Part shown: positions 18,364 through 28,560 of the stretch, piece after piece | Numbering within the stretch: the first letter of the stretch is position 1 | Layout of the letters: the number at the start of each line of letters is the position of its first letter | Source of the DNA: Promethearchaeota archaeon | GTDB taxonomy: Archaea; Asgardarchaeota; Lokiarchaeia; Sigyniarchaeales; SOKP01 | Reading direction: 5' to 3' | Assembly: GCA_008080735.1 (NCBI GenBank) | Contig: SHMW01000010.1 | Location: forward strand, 24,976 to 88,975 | DNA length: 64,000 nucleotides | Position numbers and translations under genes: made by a program | The notes under the pieces: generated by a model | Databases searched by the model: none | The model's input: the letters and a program-made list of their open reading frames with translations, nothing else | Told to the model about the DNA's origin: nothing

Positions 18364-19137
18364 TTATTTTTCTATCTTCTTTCTTCTCTCTAGAATTTCT
18401 TGGATATTCTGGCATGCGGATATATAGGGACATATTTCACATGCCCATTGATAGTCGCAGTCAATACGTTTCTTCCAATCTTCAATCTTTTTTTTCCATC
18501 GCTGATTCATCTCTGCTTTCATAGTTGAAACACACGTGAGGAATTCCGTGATAATTTGCTTATCCGAATTAATCATAAATACTTTCATAGAATTGATAAA
18601 CCCCTCAAATCGTTTCTTATAGCTATGTATTATAGCTTTACCAAAAAATTCAAACGAGAATCCTTTCTTAATTACTTCATCGCTTATTCTACTCCAAAAT
18701 CGTCGTGGTATTGAGCGAATAGAAAATCCTTCAATATCATTTGAGATGGAAGAGAAATGTCGTAGCTGAGTAAAAAGAGAATCATCCAATTGATCTGACT
18801 GAATCAAAATAAATATTCCGAAATTAATTGCTTTTGTATTGATTTGCTGAATTTCGTTCCCTAATACAAAAACCAAATCTCTATCATCATCTAACTTTTT
18901 GTTTGTAGGATAAATCAAAGAAAATGAAGTATTTGACATTCCTCCGAGTTCTATTCCAAGTTCTTCTTTAAGAACTATCCCTTTGTTTTTGTCTATCTCA
19001 ACACTTATTTCGCAATTTTTGAAATAATTTGTTAGTGAATCATTTATTTCATACACACTAAGCGGTTGGGAAGATGTTTTTTTATCCTCAAAAAATACGA
19101 TTATACGTGCGAGATGATCATTAATATTCACTATCAA
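18364..19137 (-). CDS. Short acetyl-CoA synthase (CdhC/AcsB)-related domain protein
   Basis: LKEELGIELGG...SFSL pattern recalls an internal ACS beta-subunit domain; C-terminal CxxxxxCxxCxxxxxC; directly upstream of cooC. Confidence 0.5.
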   Translation of the reverse strand: MIVNINDHLARIIVFFEDKKTSSQPLSVYEINDSLTNYFKNCEISVEIDKNKGIVLKEELGIELGGMSNTSFSLIYPTNKKLDDDRDLVFVLGNEIQQINTKAINFGIFILIQSDQLDDSLFTQLRHFSSISNDIEGFSIRSIPRRFWSRISDEVIKKGFSFEFFGKAIIHSYKKRFEGFINSMKVFMINSDKQIITEFLTCVSTMKAEMNQRWKKKIEDWKKRIDCDYQWACEICPYISACQNIQEILERRKKIEK

Positions 19138-19239
19138 TCAATCAGATTCATTTATATAAACTAATTTATTTAGAAAATAATTAAATATTTATAAATTAAA
19201 GATCAATTTAGTTGTATTAAAGTTTGGAGTTAAAAAACA

Positions 19240-19659
19240 ATGATTGAAATTCAACAACCCAAGGATCTTCTTTCTGTTTCTATTAAAAACATTTTAAGTT
19301 ATAGAGATGAGAATGAACTGCAGAAACTGATTAAAGATTATAATAAAAAAATCATAGTCGAGATAGAGAATTTTTATCCCTCTATGGTCCTATTCCAAGA
19401 AAATACTATTTCGTTCGATTTTGGAGAAGATCTTGGAAAAGCAGATTTGAAGATTAGAATGAGTTTGGATACTTTATTAGACCTTGCATATGGGAGATTA
19501 AGTCTCCCCAAAGCAATTCTAACCAGAAAATTAAGGATTAAAGGCATCTATAAACTAACAACAGTTCTTAGATTCAAGAAAATCTTTCTTGACACCCTTA
19601 AAATGGTCGCAAAAGAACCTAATCAAAATTACTATGAATTAAATCAAAATATCCGATAA
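19240..19659 (+). CDS. SCP2 sterol/lipid-binding domain protein
   Basis: ADLKIRMSLDTLLDLAYGRLSLPKAILTRKLRIKG matches the SCP2 C-terminal signature. Confidence 0.75.
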   Translation: MIEIQQPKDLLSVSIKNILSYRDENELQKLIKDYNKKIIVEIENFYPSMVLFQENTISFDFGEDLGKADLKIRMSLDTLLDLAYGRLSLPKAILTRKLRIKGIYKLTTVLRFKKIFLDTLKMVAKEPNQNYYELNQNIR

Positions 19660-19673
19660 GTGGTGAGAAAAGA

Positions 19674-21155
19674 ATGACAATTACGAAAGAGAAAGAAGAT
19701 TATAATGGTGTGAGTAAAGAGAAAGTCTATGAAAAACTCGTCCAAATCTTTGGGAGCACTAATATAAGTCAGAGGGCAGTGGATTTATATCCCTATTCCT
19801 ATGATATGACTGAATGTGAACCTCATATGCCCGATTTTGTAGTGATTCCGGAAAATAAGGAGCAACTTATTGAGTTAGTAAAGTTTTGTAATACAAATAT
19901 CATTCCTATCGTTCCTTATATCACAGGAAACAATGTCGGAGGGCTAACTATACCCGAGAAAGGAGGTATCATCATTGATTTCAGCAAAAAAATGAATAAG
20001 ATCCTCCATATTAACGAAAATATGATGTATGCTCTATTAGAACCGGGCGTTACGTTTGGACAATTAAAAAAGCATTTGGACACGATCTATCCTCATTTGC
20101 GATATAGTTATCCGTATGCTCCGCCTTATGCGGGAGTAGTAGGGAATGCTATATTGAGTGGTATGAATAATCTATCGTGTAAGATTGGATCTATGGGTGA
20201 CTCGATCAATGGTTTAGAAGTCATTACCGCAGATGGACAAATAGCCAGGATAGGATCTTGTTTTTATGGAAAAGATGAGGCAGACAAGGATAGTTGGTTT
20301 TGTAGGTATCCCATGCCAGATCTGATGGGAATATTTGTAAATTGGCAGGGGATGACTGGGCTCGTGACGAAATGTGCTGTTCAGCTTTGGCCGAATCCAC
20401 CTTATAATAAAACATTTCTTGTTTTAGTTAAAGGATTAACGGATGTAGCACCAGTTATAAGAGAAGTAGGTAAAACTGATGTTGTTGATGACATTTCAGC
20501 CGTAAGTACCGAAGTAGTTAAAATGACAGTAGAGATTCCAGAACCTGAAAAATATCCCGGTGAGCCTGATTTTGCCGCGCTTTTTCCCATTTCTGGAAAG
20601 ACAAAAAAATTACTCGATGCGAAAAGTGAAATAGTTCTCGATAAATTGAATGAATTAAAAAAGAGTGGAAAAAATATTATCATCGCTGATGTGGATGAGT
20701 TTGCTAAAATTTTTAATTTACGTGTTCGATGTCATTTAGATCTTCCTGCGGTTCTATTATCCTTAGTGGAGTATTCTGGTCTCACTTGGTTTGGGTCCTA
20801 TGCTCCCACACATAAATTAGAGCATTTAATAAAAAATGTAGATGAAATATTTCATAAACATAACGTTCCATCGTTTGTATACATGAAAATTATGAAATCG
20901 GGTCATTATGGGATTTTCAGGCCTATTATCCGATATAATAAATATAAAGAAGGAGAAGAAGAGCGAATCCATACACTATTAAATGAGATTACTGAATTTT
21001 GCATATCAGAGGGATGCATTCCCTACAAAACACCAATTTGGATGACAGAAAAGATGCGAAAAAAAATTAATACTGGTTGGCTACATCTTTTTGAAAAGAT
21101 TAAAAAATGCATGGATCCAAACGGAATTTTCAATCCTGGGAGGTGGAATACTTAA
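19674..21155 (+). CDS. FAD-binding oxidoreductase (GlcD/D-lactate dehydrogenase-like)
   Basis: PDFVVIP, EPGVT, GLEVITADG, GMTGLVTK, DPNGIFNPG. Confidence 0.85.
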   Translation: MTITKEKEDYNGVSKEKVYEKLVQIFGSTNISQRAVDLYPYSYDMTECEPHMPDFVVIPENKEQLIELVKFCNTNIIPIVPYITGNNVGGLTIPEKGGIIIDFSKKMNKILHINENMMYALLEPGVTFGQLKKHLDTIYPHLRYSYPYAPPYAGVVGNAILSGMNNLSCKIGSMGDSINGLEVITADGQIARIGSCFYGKDEADKDSWFCRYPMPDLMGIFVNWQGMTGLVTKCAVQLWPNPPYNKTFLVLVKGLTDVAPVIREVGKTDVVDDISAVSTEVVKMTVEIPEPEKYPGEPDFAALFPISGKTKKLLDAKSEIVLDKLNELKKSGKNIIIADVDEFAKIFNLRVRCHLDLPAVLLSLVEYSGLTWFGSYAPTHKLEHLIKNVDEIFHKHNVPSFVYMKIMKSGHYGIFRPIIRYNKYKEGEEERIHTLLNEITEFCISEGCIPYKTPIWMTEKMRKKINTGWLHLFEKIKKCMDPNGIFNPGRWNT

Positions 21156-22346
21156 ATGACCGAGATTAGCGTTCCAGAAGGTATAATGGGAAAAGAATAT
21201 GTTCAGTTGGCCTTTGATCACTGCATTAAATGTAGTACATGTAAATTTTCATATAAAGGATTTACGAGCTCATGTCCTTCAGGAGAAAATTTCCTTTTTG
21301 AATCCTTTTGGGCTTCAGGGAGAATCAGAACCACGAGAGGGCTCTTATTAGGTGAGTTGGAGTGGACACAAGATTTAAAAGATGTGATTTTTGCATGTCC
21401 TACGTGTGGAGCGTGTATGGACGCGTGTCAAGCACCTCACGCAGATTATATTGTCGATATTATTGAATCTCTAAGAGAAGTGGCAGTAAAAGAGATCGGC
21501 CCCGCGGATAATCAAGAGAAATTAATTGAGCGAGCAACCAATCCAGAAATGTGGAATCCCTATGGAGAACCCAATTCTGACAACGAAAAATTAAAGCAGG
21601 AATATAATTTGCCCGATAAAGCGGAATGGGTATATTTCATCGGATGCACTTCTAATTATAGACAAAAATCTTTACGTGACGCAACATTAAGGTTATTAAA
21701 AAAGGCGGGAATAGATTTTACGCTAATTGATGAGCACTGCTGTACCAGCCCGATGATAAGAACAGGACAAGTAGAAAATAGCAAAGAGTTTATGCGATAT
21801 AATATAGAGAAAATAAACGAGGCGGGAGCGACGAAAGTCATAAGTTCTTGTGCGGGATGCTATCGAACATTGAAAAAAGATTTTGAAAAATTTGGAGAAG
21901 ATTATGATTTTAAAGTATATCATACGGTAGAATTACTGAAAAAACTTTTTGATGAGGGAAAACTAAAAATTAAATCAGACTATAACAAGGCAATTACCTA
22001 TCATGATCCATGCCATTTAGGGAGACATATGGGGATATATGAAATACCGCGAGAAGTCTATAAAAAAATCCCGGGAATAACATTTGTCGAAATGGAGAGA
22101 AATAGGAACCATTCATGGTGCTGTGGAGCGGGTGGTGGTGTGAAAATCGGATATCCGGATTGGGCGATAAACATCTCTAAAGAGAGACTTGACGAAGCAA
22201 ATAAAACTGGAGCAGAGGTCATCTCTTCTACATGTCCGTTTTGCAAAACAAATCTTAGCGATGCGAATAATCAATTTGAGTATGGGTTTGAAGTCTTAGA
22301 TTTAGTAGAAATCTTGGATTCATTAGAAATTGAAGTCTCAGATTAA
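21156..22346 (+). CDS. Fe-S oxidoreductase with CCG domains (GlcF/HdrD-like)
   Basis: CIKCSTC, CPTCGACMDAC, YFIGC, HCC, CAGC, YHDPCHLGR, CCGAGGG, CPFC; abuts the upstream gene. Confidence 0.88.
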   Translation: MTEISVPEGIMGKEYVQLAFDHCIKCSTCKFSYKGFTSSCPSGENFLFESFWASGRIRTTRGLLLGELEWTQDLKDVIFACPTCGACMDACQAPHADYIVDIIESLREVAVKEIGPADNQEKLIERATNPEMWNPYGEPNSDNEKLKQEYNLPDKAEWVYFIGCTSNYRQKSLRDATLRLLKKAGIDFTLIDEHCCTSPMIRTGQVENSKEFMRYNIEKINEAGATKVISSCAGCYRTLKKDFEKFGEDYDFKVYHTVELLKKLFDEGKLKIKSDYNKAITYHDPCHLGRHMGIYEIPREVYKKIPGITFVEMERNRNHSWCCGAGGGVKIGYPDWAINISKERLDEANKTGAEVISSTCPFCKTNLSDANNQFEYGFEVLDLVEILDSLEIEVSD

Positions 22347-23539
22347 TTTTCTTTTTTCTTTTTAAGTTGTTCTTTCGCAACTAATAATTCAATTTTATCC
22401 TCTAATTCTTCGAATGTTAATTGTTCAACCTTATCATTATATCCAAGTTGTTTTAATTTTTCAATCTTTTTGGCACGTTCCTTTTCTGATTTTTTTTGTT
22501 TGAATTCTAAGAATCCTAAATGGTCGGTCTTGGCTCTTGATTTCGATTTTTCTTCCTCTGGCACTTTAGAGAGTAACTCTTTCACATCTCCCACACTTTC
22601 AAACTTTTCTTTCATTTCCCTCATTATTTCAATTTGGACGTTCATCGATTTCGGATCCTTTTCCCCGCGAAATACCTTGGTTGTATTTGTCTCACTGAGT
22701 GAATATTTTTTATTTACAGAAGGAGGGGTTTTTGTCCCAGGGGGAGGATTCAGCTGAGTTGGAGATCCCGGAGCACCAGGCGGAGCTTGTAGATATACTG
22801 GATTTGATGGGGCTGAGGATTTATTTAACGCAATTTGTTTGATTGCAGAATTTAATTCTTTAATTTCAGTTTTTAATTCTGATAGTTCCCCAAACCCTTT
22901 CCTGACCATGTGTAAGGTTGTATCCCACGTTTTCTCCCCCTTCAATTCATGCCATTTACGATATTCAGACTCGGAAATGGTGATATGTTTCTTAGTCTGA
23001 TTTGCTGTTCCCGATCTGCTTTTGATGATATTTCGCGTTGAAGTCGCTTTTTGCATACTACTTTTTGATTTTGACTGTTGCTTAGATTTAGATTTATTAA
23101 CACTTGTTTTTTTCTTATAAGAATACCGGGTCTTTGTTTCATAGACTACTTCTTCTTCCATTATTTCAAGTGATTCTCCATCATCATATAAGATTTCTGA
23201 CAATTGAAAAGATCTGTTGATAAAGATTTCCTCTCTCTCTCCAGAGTAATAAAAAATCGTGAGACGAATAATTTTGATTTTAAGGTTTTCAATATCATTT
23301 AATTTGTCCAATTCAATTGAAAATGCAATAATATTCGCAGAAAAATGAAAGTCTTTAATTGATAATAAAAACGGTTCTTGAATGATATTAGGAGCCCTAT
23401 CATGTACTTTTAGCAACTCAAACTTTATATTCATACTTTTGATATTATCGGGAAGTAAACGCTCCATATCCTCTTGATCTTTCTGGAACTTAAAAAGAAG
23501 TCTATTCTGATCTTCCCAACATAGTTGTAAGAGTTGCAT
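22343..23539 (-). CDS. Hypothetical protein with possible RHH-like segment, coiled coil and Pro-rich region
   Basis: 398-aa ORF; KHITISESEYRKWHELKGEKTW; APPGAPGSPTQLNPPPGTKTPPS. Confidence 0.7.
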   Translation of the reverse strand: MQLLQLCWEDQNRLLFKFQKDQEDMERLLPDNIKSMNIKFELLKVHDRAPNIIQEPFLLSIKDFHFSANIIAFSIELDKLNDIENLKIKIIRLTIFYYSGEREEIFINRSFQLSEILYDDGESLEIMEEEVVYETKTRYSYKKKTSVNKSKSKQQSKSKSSMQKATSTRNIIKSRSGTANQTKKHITISESEYRKWHELKGEKTWDTTLHMVRKGFGELSELKTEIKELNSAIKQIALNKSSAPSNPVYLQAPPGAPGSPTQLNPPPGTKTPPSVNKKYSLSETNTTKVFRGEKDPKSMNVQIEIMREMKEKFESVGDVKELLSKVPEEEKSKSRAKTDHLGFLEFKQKKSEKERAKKIEKLKQLGYNDKVEQLTFEELEDKIELLVAKEQLKKKKEN

Positions 23540-23710
23540 AATTTAATCAATATCCTAATTTTGTCGGATGTATTGAATGGAATATTCCTTTAACAGATGT
23601 AAAGATCTCTGGAATTTAAATAATAATAGTCTTTCAATTTATTGTAAAATAAAGCTAAGAAAAAAGGATTAGATTATTAGAAATATATTTTTTTTGATTC
23701 AAGTTGGGTT

Positions 23711-24154
23711 CTATATACTTTCGATTTCTTCTTCAAACGCTTCTAACGCTAATTCAATAATTTCTTGGAACGCCATCGCGTCTTGTAGATTTCCCTCGAC
23801 AGTTATGTCACCAGCCATATATGCGCTGGTTGCATCTATCTCTCCAAATAGTAAACCCGCACCCGTCTCAAAATTAGCAGTAAAAGTAAAGGAGGGGTCT
23901 TCTAATTCTCCTTCTCCATATTCCATATCACCTTCGTTGACTTTCACCCAAAACTTTTTGTCTTTATCTGAGATTATCATTTGAACAGCGATATTCATAT
24001 CTTCAATTTCCTCCTTTAAATACTCACTCTTCTCTGCTAATTGGCTATATAATTCGAATGCTTTCAATGTATCATCAATATCTGCAGCTTCAGGACCTCC
24101 TTCAAACTTTTCTTTCATTTCCATTAACAAATTTTCATCAACCATAAAACTCAC
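23711..24154 (-). CDS. SCP2 domain protein
   Basis: DPSFTF...LLFGEIDATSAYMAGDITVEGNLQDAM. Confidence 0.85.
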   Translation of the reverse strand: MSFMVDENLLMEMKEKFEGGPEAADIDDTLKAFELYSQLAEKSEYLKEEIEDMNIAVQMIISDKDKKFWVKVNEGDMEYGEGELEDPSFTFTANFETGAGLLFGEIDATSAYMAGDITVEGNLQDAMAFQEIIELALEAFEEEIESI

Positions 24155-24299
24155 ATTTTAATAACTTGTATTGTTTATCTATAGTTTATATCCGATATTA
24201 TTTAAACTATACTGATCACCACTAAGTTTTAAATAAGTTCCCATCTAATATAGATTAAACAAATTAATATAAAATTCGAAAAAGAAAAGCTGAATAGTT

Positions 24300-24755
24300 A
24301 TGGTAAAATTTGAGGAATTACAAGACGAAGCAGATAAATTTGCTGAAGAATATAAAATAGCTTTGAATGAGAATACCAATTATGAGGAAGCTGCTAAAGA
24401 TTGGGGTGTAGAGCAAGAGGGTGGAATGATTTATTATATGGAACACACGGGAGAAATTGAAGAGGATATTAGACTTTGGTTAGATCTGAAAGGAGGGAAA
24501 TGTCTTGATGCGAAGATTTTACGTCCTGGTGAGGAGCCACCACGAGAACCCATCCTTTCTTTAAGCGCCCCAATGCCGATATGGAAGGCGTTAGCTTTTA
24601 AAGAATTGGATCCTATTACCGCATTGATGCAGAACAAACTTCGAGTGGGCGGTGATATGGGATTAGCTATGCGATATTCCAAAGCAGCCTTGGAACTAGC
24701 AAATTCCACCGAACAAACAGATAGAACCGTGTTGACGAAATATAATTTAGAATAG
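24300..24755 (+). CDS. SCP2 domain protein
   Basis: IWKALAFKELDPITALMQNKLRVGGDMGLAMRYSKAA. Confidence 0.85.
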   Translation: MVKFEELQDEADKFAEEYKIALNENTNYEEAAKDWGVEQEGGMIYYMEHTGEIEEDIRLWLDLKGGKCLDAKILRPGEEPPREPILSLSAPMPIWKALAFKELDPITALMQNKLRVGGDMGLAMRYSKAALELANSTEQTDRTVLTKYNLE

Positions 24756-24803
24756 GATTATTTTTTGCTAGATTTATCCTACTTTTTTATTCATCATCCT
24801 TAT

Positions 24804-25559
24804 TTAGAAAAGAATCTCTTCCTTTAAATCATATAAGAATTCTAATGCTCTCATCCCATTTTTCGTAATTGAATAGGGCCCCTTGCTTTCTTTTTGGGTG
24901 ATATAGTCTGCCTCTAAGAGTTTCTCAAGGTGAAAATGAAAATGTCCCCCTTTTATCCCCATGTTATCCTCCAATTGGTTATAATATAAACTTCCATTGC
25001 TCAGGATTTTTAAAATTTTTATTCGCTTTTCATTTGATAAGGGGGAAATAAGCTGATATTCCTTTTCTATATCATCCAGAGATGATATATTATCTGTTAA
25101 ATCATATAATTTCTGAGCAGAATCCCTTCTTTCGGAACGAGCCGTATAAATCAGTTTTTTTAATGCTTCATATACATGCATTGCTTTCGCAAGACATTGC
25201 TCATCGGGACATACTTGTTTGGATTGCGCATTATCTATATTTTGAATATATGCATTTAATAAGTGAGTTGCCGCATTTGGGCCCTTTTCGGTGAAAACCC
25301 TCAAGATTTTCAGAGCTCCTTTCTCGATCATCGTGGTACATTGCTCTAAAATATGACAGTCTCTTGGTCTATGTTTTAAAAATGTTTGGACTTCCTCATC
25401 AGCTGTAATAGTTAACAGTGAAATATTATCCTCCTTATATTTAGTTTGGGTAAGCAAATCTAACTGAATTTTCATCTTTAAGACAAGATCTTGTAAAAAC
25501 GTGATACTTTTGTTGAGATCTTCGAGTTCTTGATGAAGGGGTGGTTTTTTTTCTTGCAT
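24804..25559 (-). CDS. ArsR-like winged-helix transcription regulator with Cys-containing N-terminal domain
   Basis: PLSNEKRIKILKIL...YNQL...GHFHFHLEKLLEADYI...YSITKNG. Confidence 0.85.
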   Translation of the reverse strand: MQEKKPPLHQELEDLNKSITFLQDLVLKMKIQLDLLTQTKYKEDNISLLTITADEEVQTFLKHRPRDCHILEQCTTMIEKGALKILRVFTEKGPNAATHLLNAYIQNIDNAQSKQVCPDEQCLAKAMHVYEALKKLIYTARSERRDSAQKLYDLTDNISSLDDIEKEYQLISPLSNEKRIKILKILSNGSLYYNQLEDNMGIKGGHFHFHLEKLLEADYITQKESKGPYSITKNGMRALEFLYDLKEEILF

Positions 25560-25564
25560 TATAA

Positions 25565-25603
25565 TACACTATTTTACTATATTACTATAGTAGAGTAGAG
25601 TAT
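25565..25603. promoter_or_regulatory. Candidate operator between the divergent ArsR-like and DUF3795 genes
   Basis: Perfect palindrome TACTATAGTA at 25583-25592, with repeated ACTAT half-sites on the left and AGTA on the right. Confidence 0.45.
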
Positions 25604-25656
25604 TTTAAGAACTTTTTTATAGTTAGAAGGAATTATAAAAATATCTAAGAATTGAG

Positions 25657-26133
25657 ATGACATTAAAGATGGAAAATATAAATAAAGACTTGCTTGCTCC
25701 GTGCGGACTCTATTGTGGGGCATGCGCAATATTTATCGCCCACCGAGATAATAATGAAAAATTCAAAAAGGCACTTCTCCCGGTCTATAAGATGTTTGCC
25801 AAAAGTATTGATGATATCGCATGTACTGGATGTCTTTCAGAAGGGATTGTTTTTCCCGTATGTCAGAGCTGTCCGATTAAAAAATGTACCAATAAAAGAG
25901 AGTTAGAAGGATGTTTTGAGTGTGATGATTGGCCGTGCAAGTATATCACCAACTTTCCTATACAAAAAGCGAAAAACGTGATGATGCGGACGATTCCCAC
26001 GTGGCGCGAAATGGGAACACAAAAGTTTGTTGAGCTAGAAGAAGAGAGATATCGATGTCCAGAATGTGGAAATCAGTTATTTCGCGGAGTTCGTAAATGC
26101 AATAAATGCGATACTACTGTTGAATTAGACTAA
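25657..26133 (+). CDS. Cys-rich DUF3795-like protein
   Basis: APCGLYCGAC, CTGC, CQSCPIKKC, CFECDDWPC, C-terminal CPECG...CNKC. Confidence 0.8.
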   Translation: MTLKMENINKDLLAPCGLYCGACAIFIAHRDNNEKFKKALLPVYKMFAKSIDDIACTGCLSEGIVFPVCQSCPIKKCTNKRELEGCFECDDWPCKYITNFPIQKAKNVMMRTIPTWREMGTQKFVELEEERYRCPECGNQLFRGVRKCNKCDTTVELD

Positions 26134-26229
26134 AAATTTAAATGTTAGAAATTAAACGGGGTATCATAGTTAAATAGGGAAGAGCCCCTATAACGATTTA
26201 GTTCATATATTCAATTTAAATCTCATTTT

Positions 26230-27396
26230 ATGAAGTTTCAAGCTAAAGATCAAGGTCTCCATTCAAAACAACACAATAGCATTAAATTTATACATGCGAG
26301 CGATATTCACCTTGGGTGTGCTCAATATCAAAATGAATATCGTGCTGATGACTTTATTACTGCGTTCAAACAAGTATTATATTTAGGCATTAAGAATTCA
26401 GTTGATTTTATCATCTTGGCGGGGGATGTCTTTACTTCCATAGATATATTACCCGAAAAACTCTTACAAATAATTAAGCTTTTAGAAAAGTTTCACAAAA
26501 GAACAAATAATATAATACCAATTATTGCGATTGAGGGAAACCATGATTTAAGAAGATATTCTCGCGGATTAAAAACAGAAAGAACACAATCATGGCTTAA
26601 ACTGATGAACCATCTTGGGTTAATGATTCTTTTGCAAGCTTGTGAGAATGGAGATAAAAGGCAAAAATTAGAATTTCAAGAATATAACTCTAAATCTAAA
26701 ATAGGGAATTTACTGAAAATTAGATTTGCCAACATATTTGGAACTTCTTATAGGGGAGAGAGGCCAAAATCACACATTCTAAATCTTTATAACTCTATTG
26801 AAAAAAAAGAAGATGAATTTAATATCCTGCTTCAGCATTTCGGTATTGCCGGACAGATGGATAACGTACCGGGTTTAAATCTATGTGTAGTTAATAAATT
26901 AAGTAATAAAGTGGATTATTTGGCCTTAGGACATTTCCATTTGCAATATACAATCGGCGGATGGATTTATAATCCAGGATCTACTGAGGCAGCTTGTTCC
27001 GTAGATAATTTATTTAATCGAGGTGTCTTTTTTGTAGAAGTTTTTAAAGATGCTAACGGATTCTCTAAAAGGGTGAAATCTATTAAATTGATAAACAGAG
27101 AGATACTTTGGAAGACAATTTGTTTACCTTTTCAATTCAAAGAGAAAAACAAGTTCTTCGAATACCTTTTATCCCAATTAAGTCTGTATCTAAAAGATTT
27201 TAGGAATGAACTAAAACCCACCAATTATCAATTACCATTATTATATCTTAAAATAATCGGTATTAAACCTGTAAAAACATGTAAAATAACCAAAAAAGAA
27301 ATTAGAAAACTGATATGCGGTAGTTTTTCAATATTGGATGCTCGTATTTATTTTGAATATAATAGACCATCAAAGTCAATAGTACAATACTTATAA
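26230..27396 (+). CDS. Mre11/SbcD-like metallophosphoesterase nuclease
   Basis: HASDIHLG, AGDVF, EGNHD, YLALGHFH and YNPGSTE motifs. Confidence 0.85.
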   Translation: MKFQAKDQGLHSKQHNSIKFIHASDIHLGCAQYQNEYRADDFITAFKQVLYLGIKNSVDFIILAGDVFTSIDILPEKLLQIIKLLEKFHKRTNNIIPIIAIEGNHDLRRYSRGLKTERTQSWLKLMNHLGLMILLQACENGDKRQKLEFQEYNSKSKIGNLLKIRFANIFGTSYRGERPKSHILNLYNSIEKKEDEFNILLQHFGIAGQMDNVPGLNLCVVNKLSNKVDYLALGHFHLQYTIGGWIYNPGSTEAACSVDNLFNRGVFFVEVFKDANGFSKRVKSIKLINREILWKTICLPFQFKEKNKFFEYLLSQLSLYLKDFRNELKPTNYQLPLLYLKIIGIKPVKTCKITKKEIRKLICGSFSILDARIYFEYNRPSKSIVQYL

Positions 27397-27414
27397 AAAA
27401 ATAAAAAAAGGAAT

Positions 27415-28368
27415 TTATGGAATAGAACTTGGATCCCATGGTACAGGAATTTTGAGCGTTAAATTGATTGTAATCCCCCCAAAAAATGTATCAAAGATGA
27501 TATGATAACTTAAGGTAGCATTAGTAGTGGCTAAATCTTCGACATAGCTAGTATCAATAATAACCGTTATATTTTTATTTGCAACTCCCGAAAAAGCCCC
27601 GATTTCTGAATATTGGGTAATTGTAGATTCTCCAATTTTTGTATTAGGAGGTAATGTAGTTTCGTTTTCACTGGAATCTACCCAGATTTCAGATTTGAGA
27701 TTTACATTTCTCAGTGGATAAATGCCACCGTTAGAGAGATCATAATTAAGAGTAAAATTTAGACTATTAGGAGCGCTATAATCGAAACCAGATGCTCCCG
27801 TATTAATACTCGGTCTTATCATTACTCCGCTTCCGATTAAAGTTAATATATAAATTGCCAAGCCTAAACTAATCAATGTTCCAATTACTTTAAATAATAA
27901 ACTCGGTCGCGCTCTTCGTTTGTATTCTGCAGAATCTTTCGAAACTCCCCGTAACTCAAACGCTTCAAAAAGATATTGAAGGCTTCTCACCGCTGCTGCT
28001 CCCAGAGAAAGCCACGCAATAAGCTTAAGCCCCAATCCAATTTCTAGTTGTTCCGTTGATATGGAGAAATTTCCTAATTCCACAGTTGGGTCGAACCCTC
28101 CAAAGATATAAAATAGATACACTCCAGAATATATAGTCACGATGAACATAATGACTCTATTTTTCGCAGAATCTTTCGGATATGCGCTCTTTAGGACTGC
28201 GATAAAAACGCCTATTATACCAAATATGATGATGCCTATAATAAAATATTGGCTCAGCGCAAAAATCCCAAAAAAGTCCAGCAAGAACAAGGCAGTAAGC
28301 GGTGCAGCGATGTATAAAATTGCATAGAGGATTCCGTTTAGAATCATCTTACCAATTTGAATTTCCAT
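27415..28368 (-). CDS. Hypothetical multi-pass membrane protein
   Basis: 317-aa ORF with about 5 hydrophobic helices and a beta-rich C-terminus. Confidence 0.7.
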   Translation of the reverse strand: MEIQIGKMILNGILYAILYIAAPLTALFLLDFFGIFALSQYFIIGIIIFGIIGVFIAVLKSAYPKDSAKNRVIMFIVTIYSGVYLFYIFGGFDPTVELGNFSISTEQLEIGLGLKLIAWLSLGAAAVRSLQYLFEAFELRGVSKDSAEYKRRARPSLLFKVIGTLISLGLAIYILTLIGSGVMIRPSINTGASGFDYSAPNSLNFTLNYDLSNGGIYPLRNVNLKSEIWVDSSENETTLPPNTKIGESTITQYSEIGAFSGVANKNITVIIDTSYVEDLATTNATLSYHIIFDTFFGGITINLTLKIPVPWDPSSIP

Positions 28369-28560
28369 AGTATTTTTTCAACTTACTATTATGTTTAATA
28401 TTTTTGTTGATAATAAGATTTGATTAAAGGGTAATAAATGTTCTCTTTTTATTCTAAATAAGTCAGATGAAATTCTGATTTAAATTAAGATATTTAGAAA
28501 TGATAAATGTTAGTTATTTAAATTTAGAACATTTATTTCTTTTAGCGATGCGAGTTGAAA

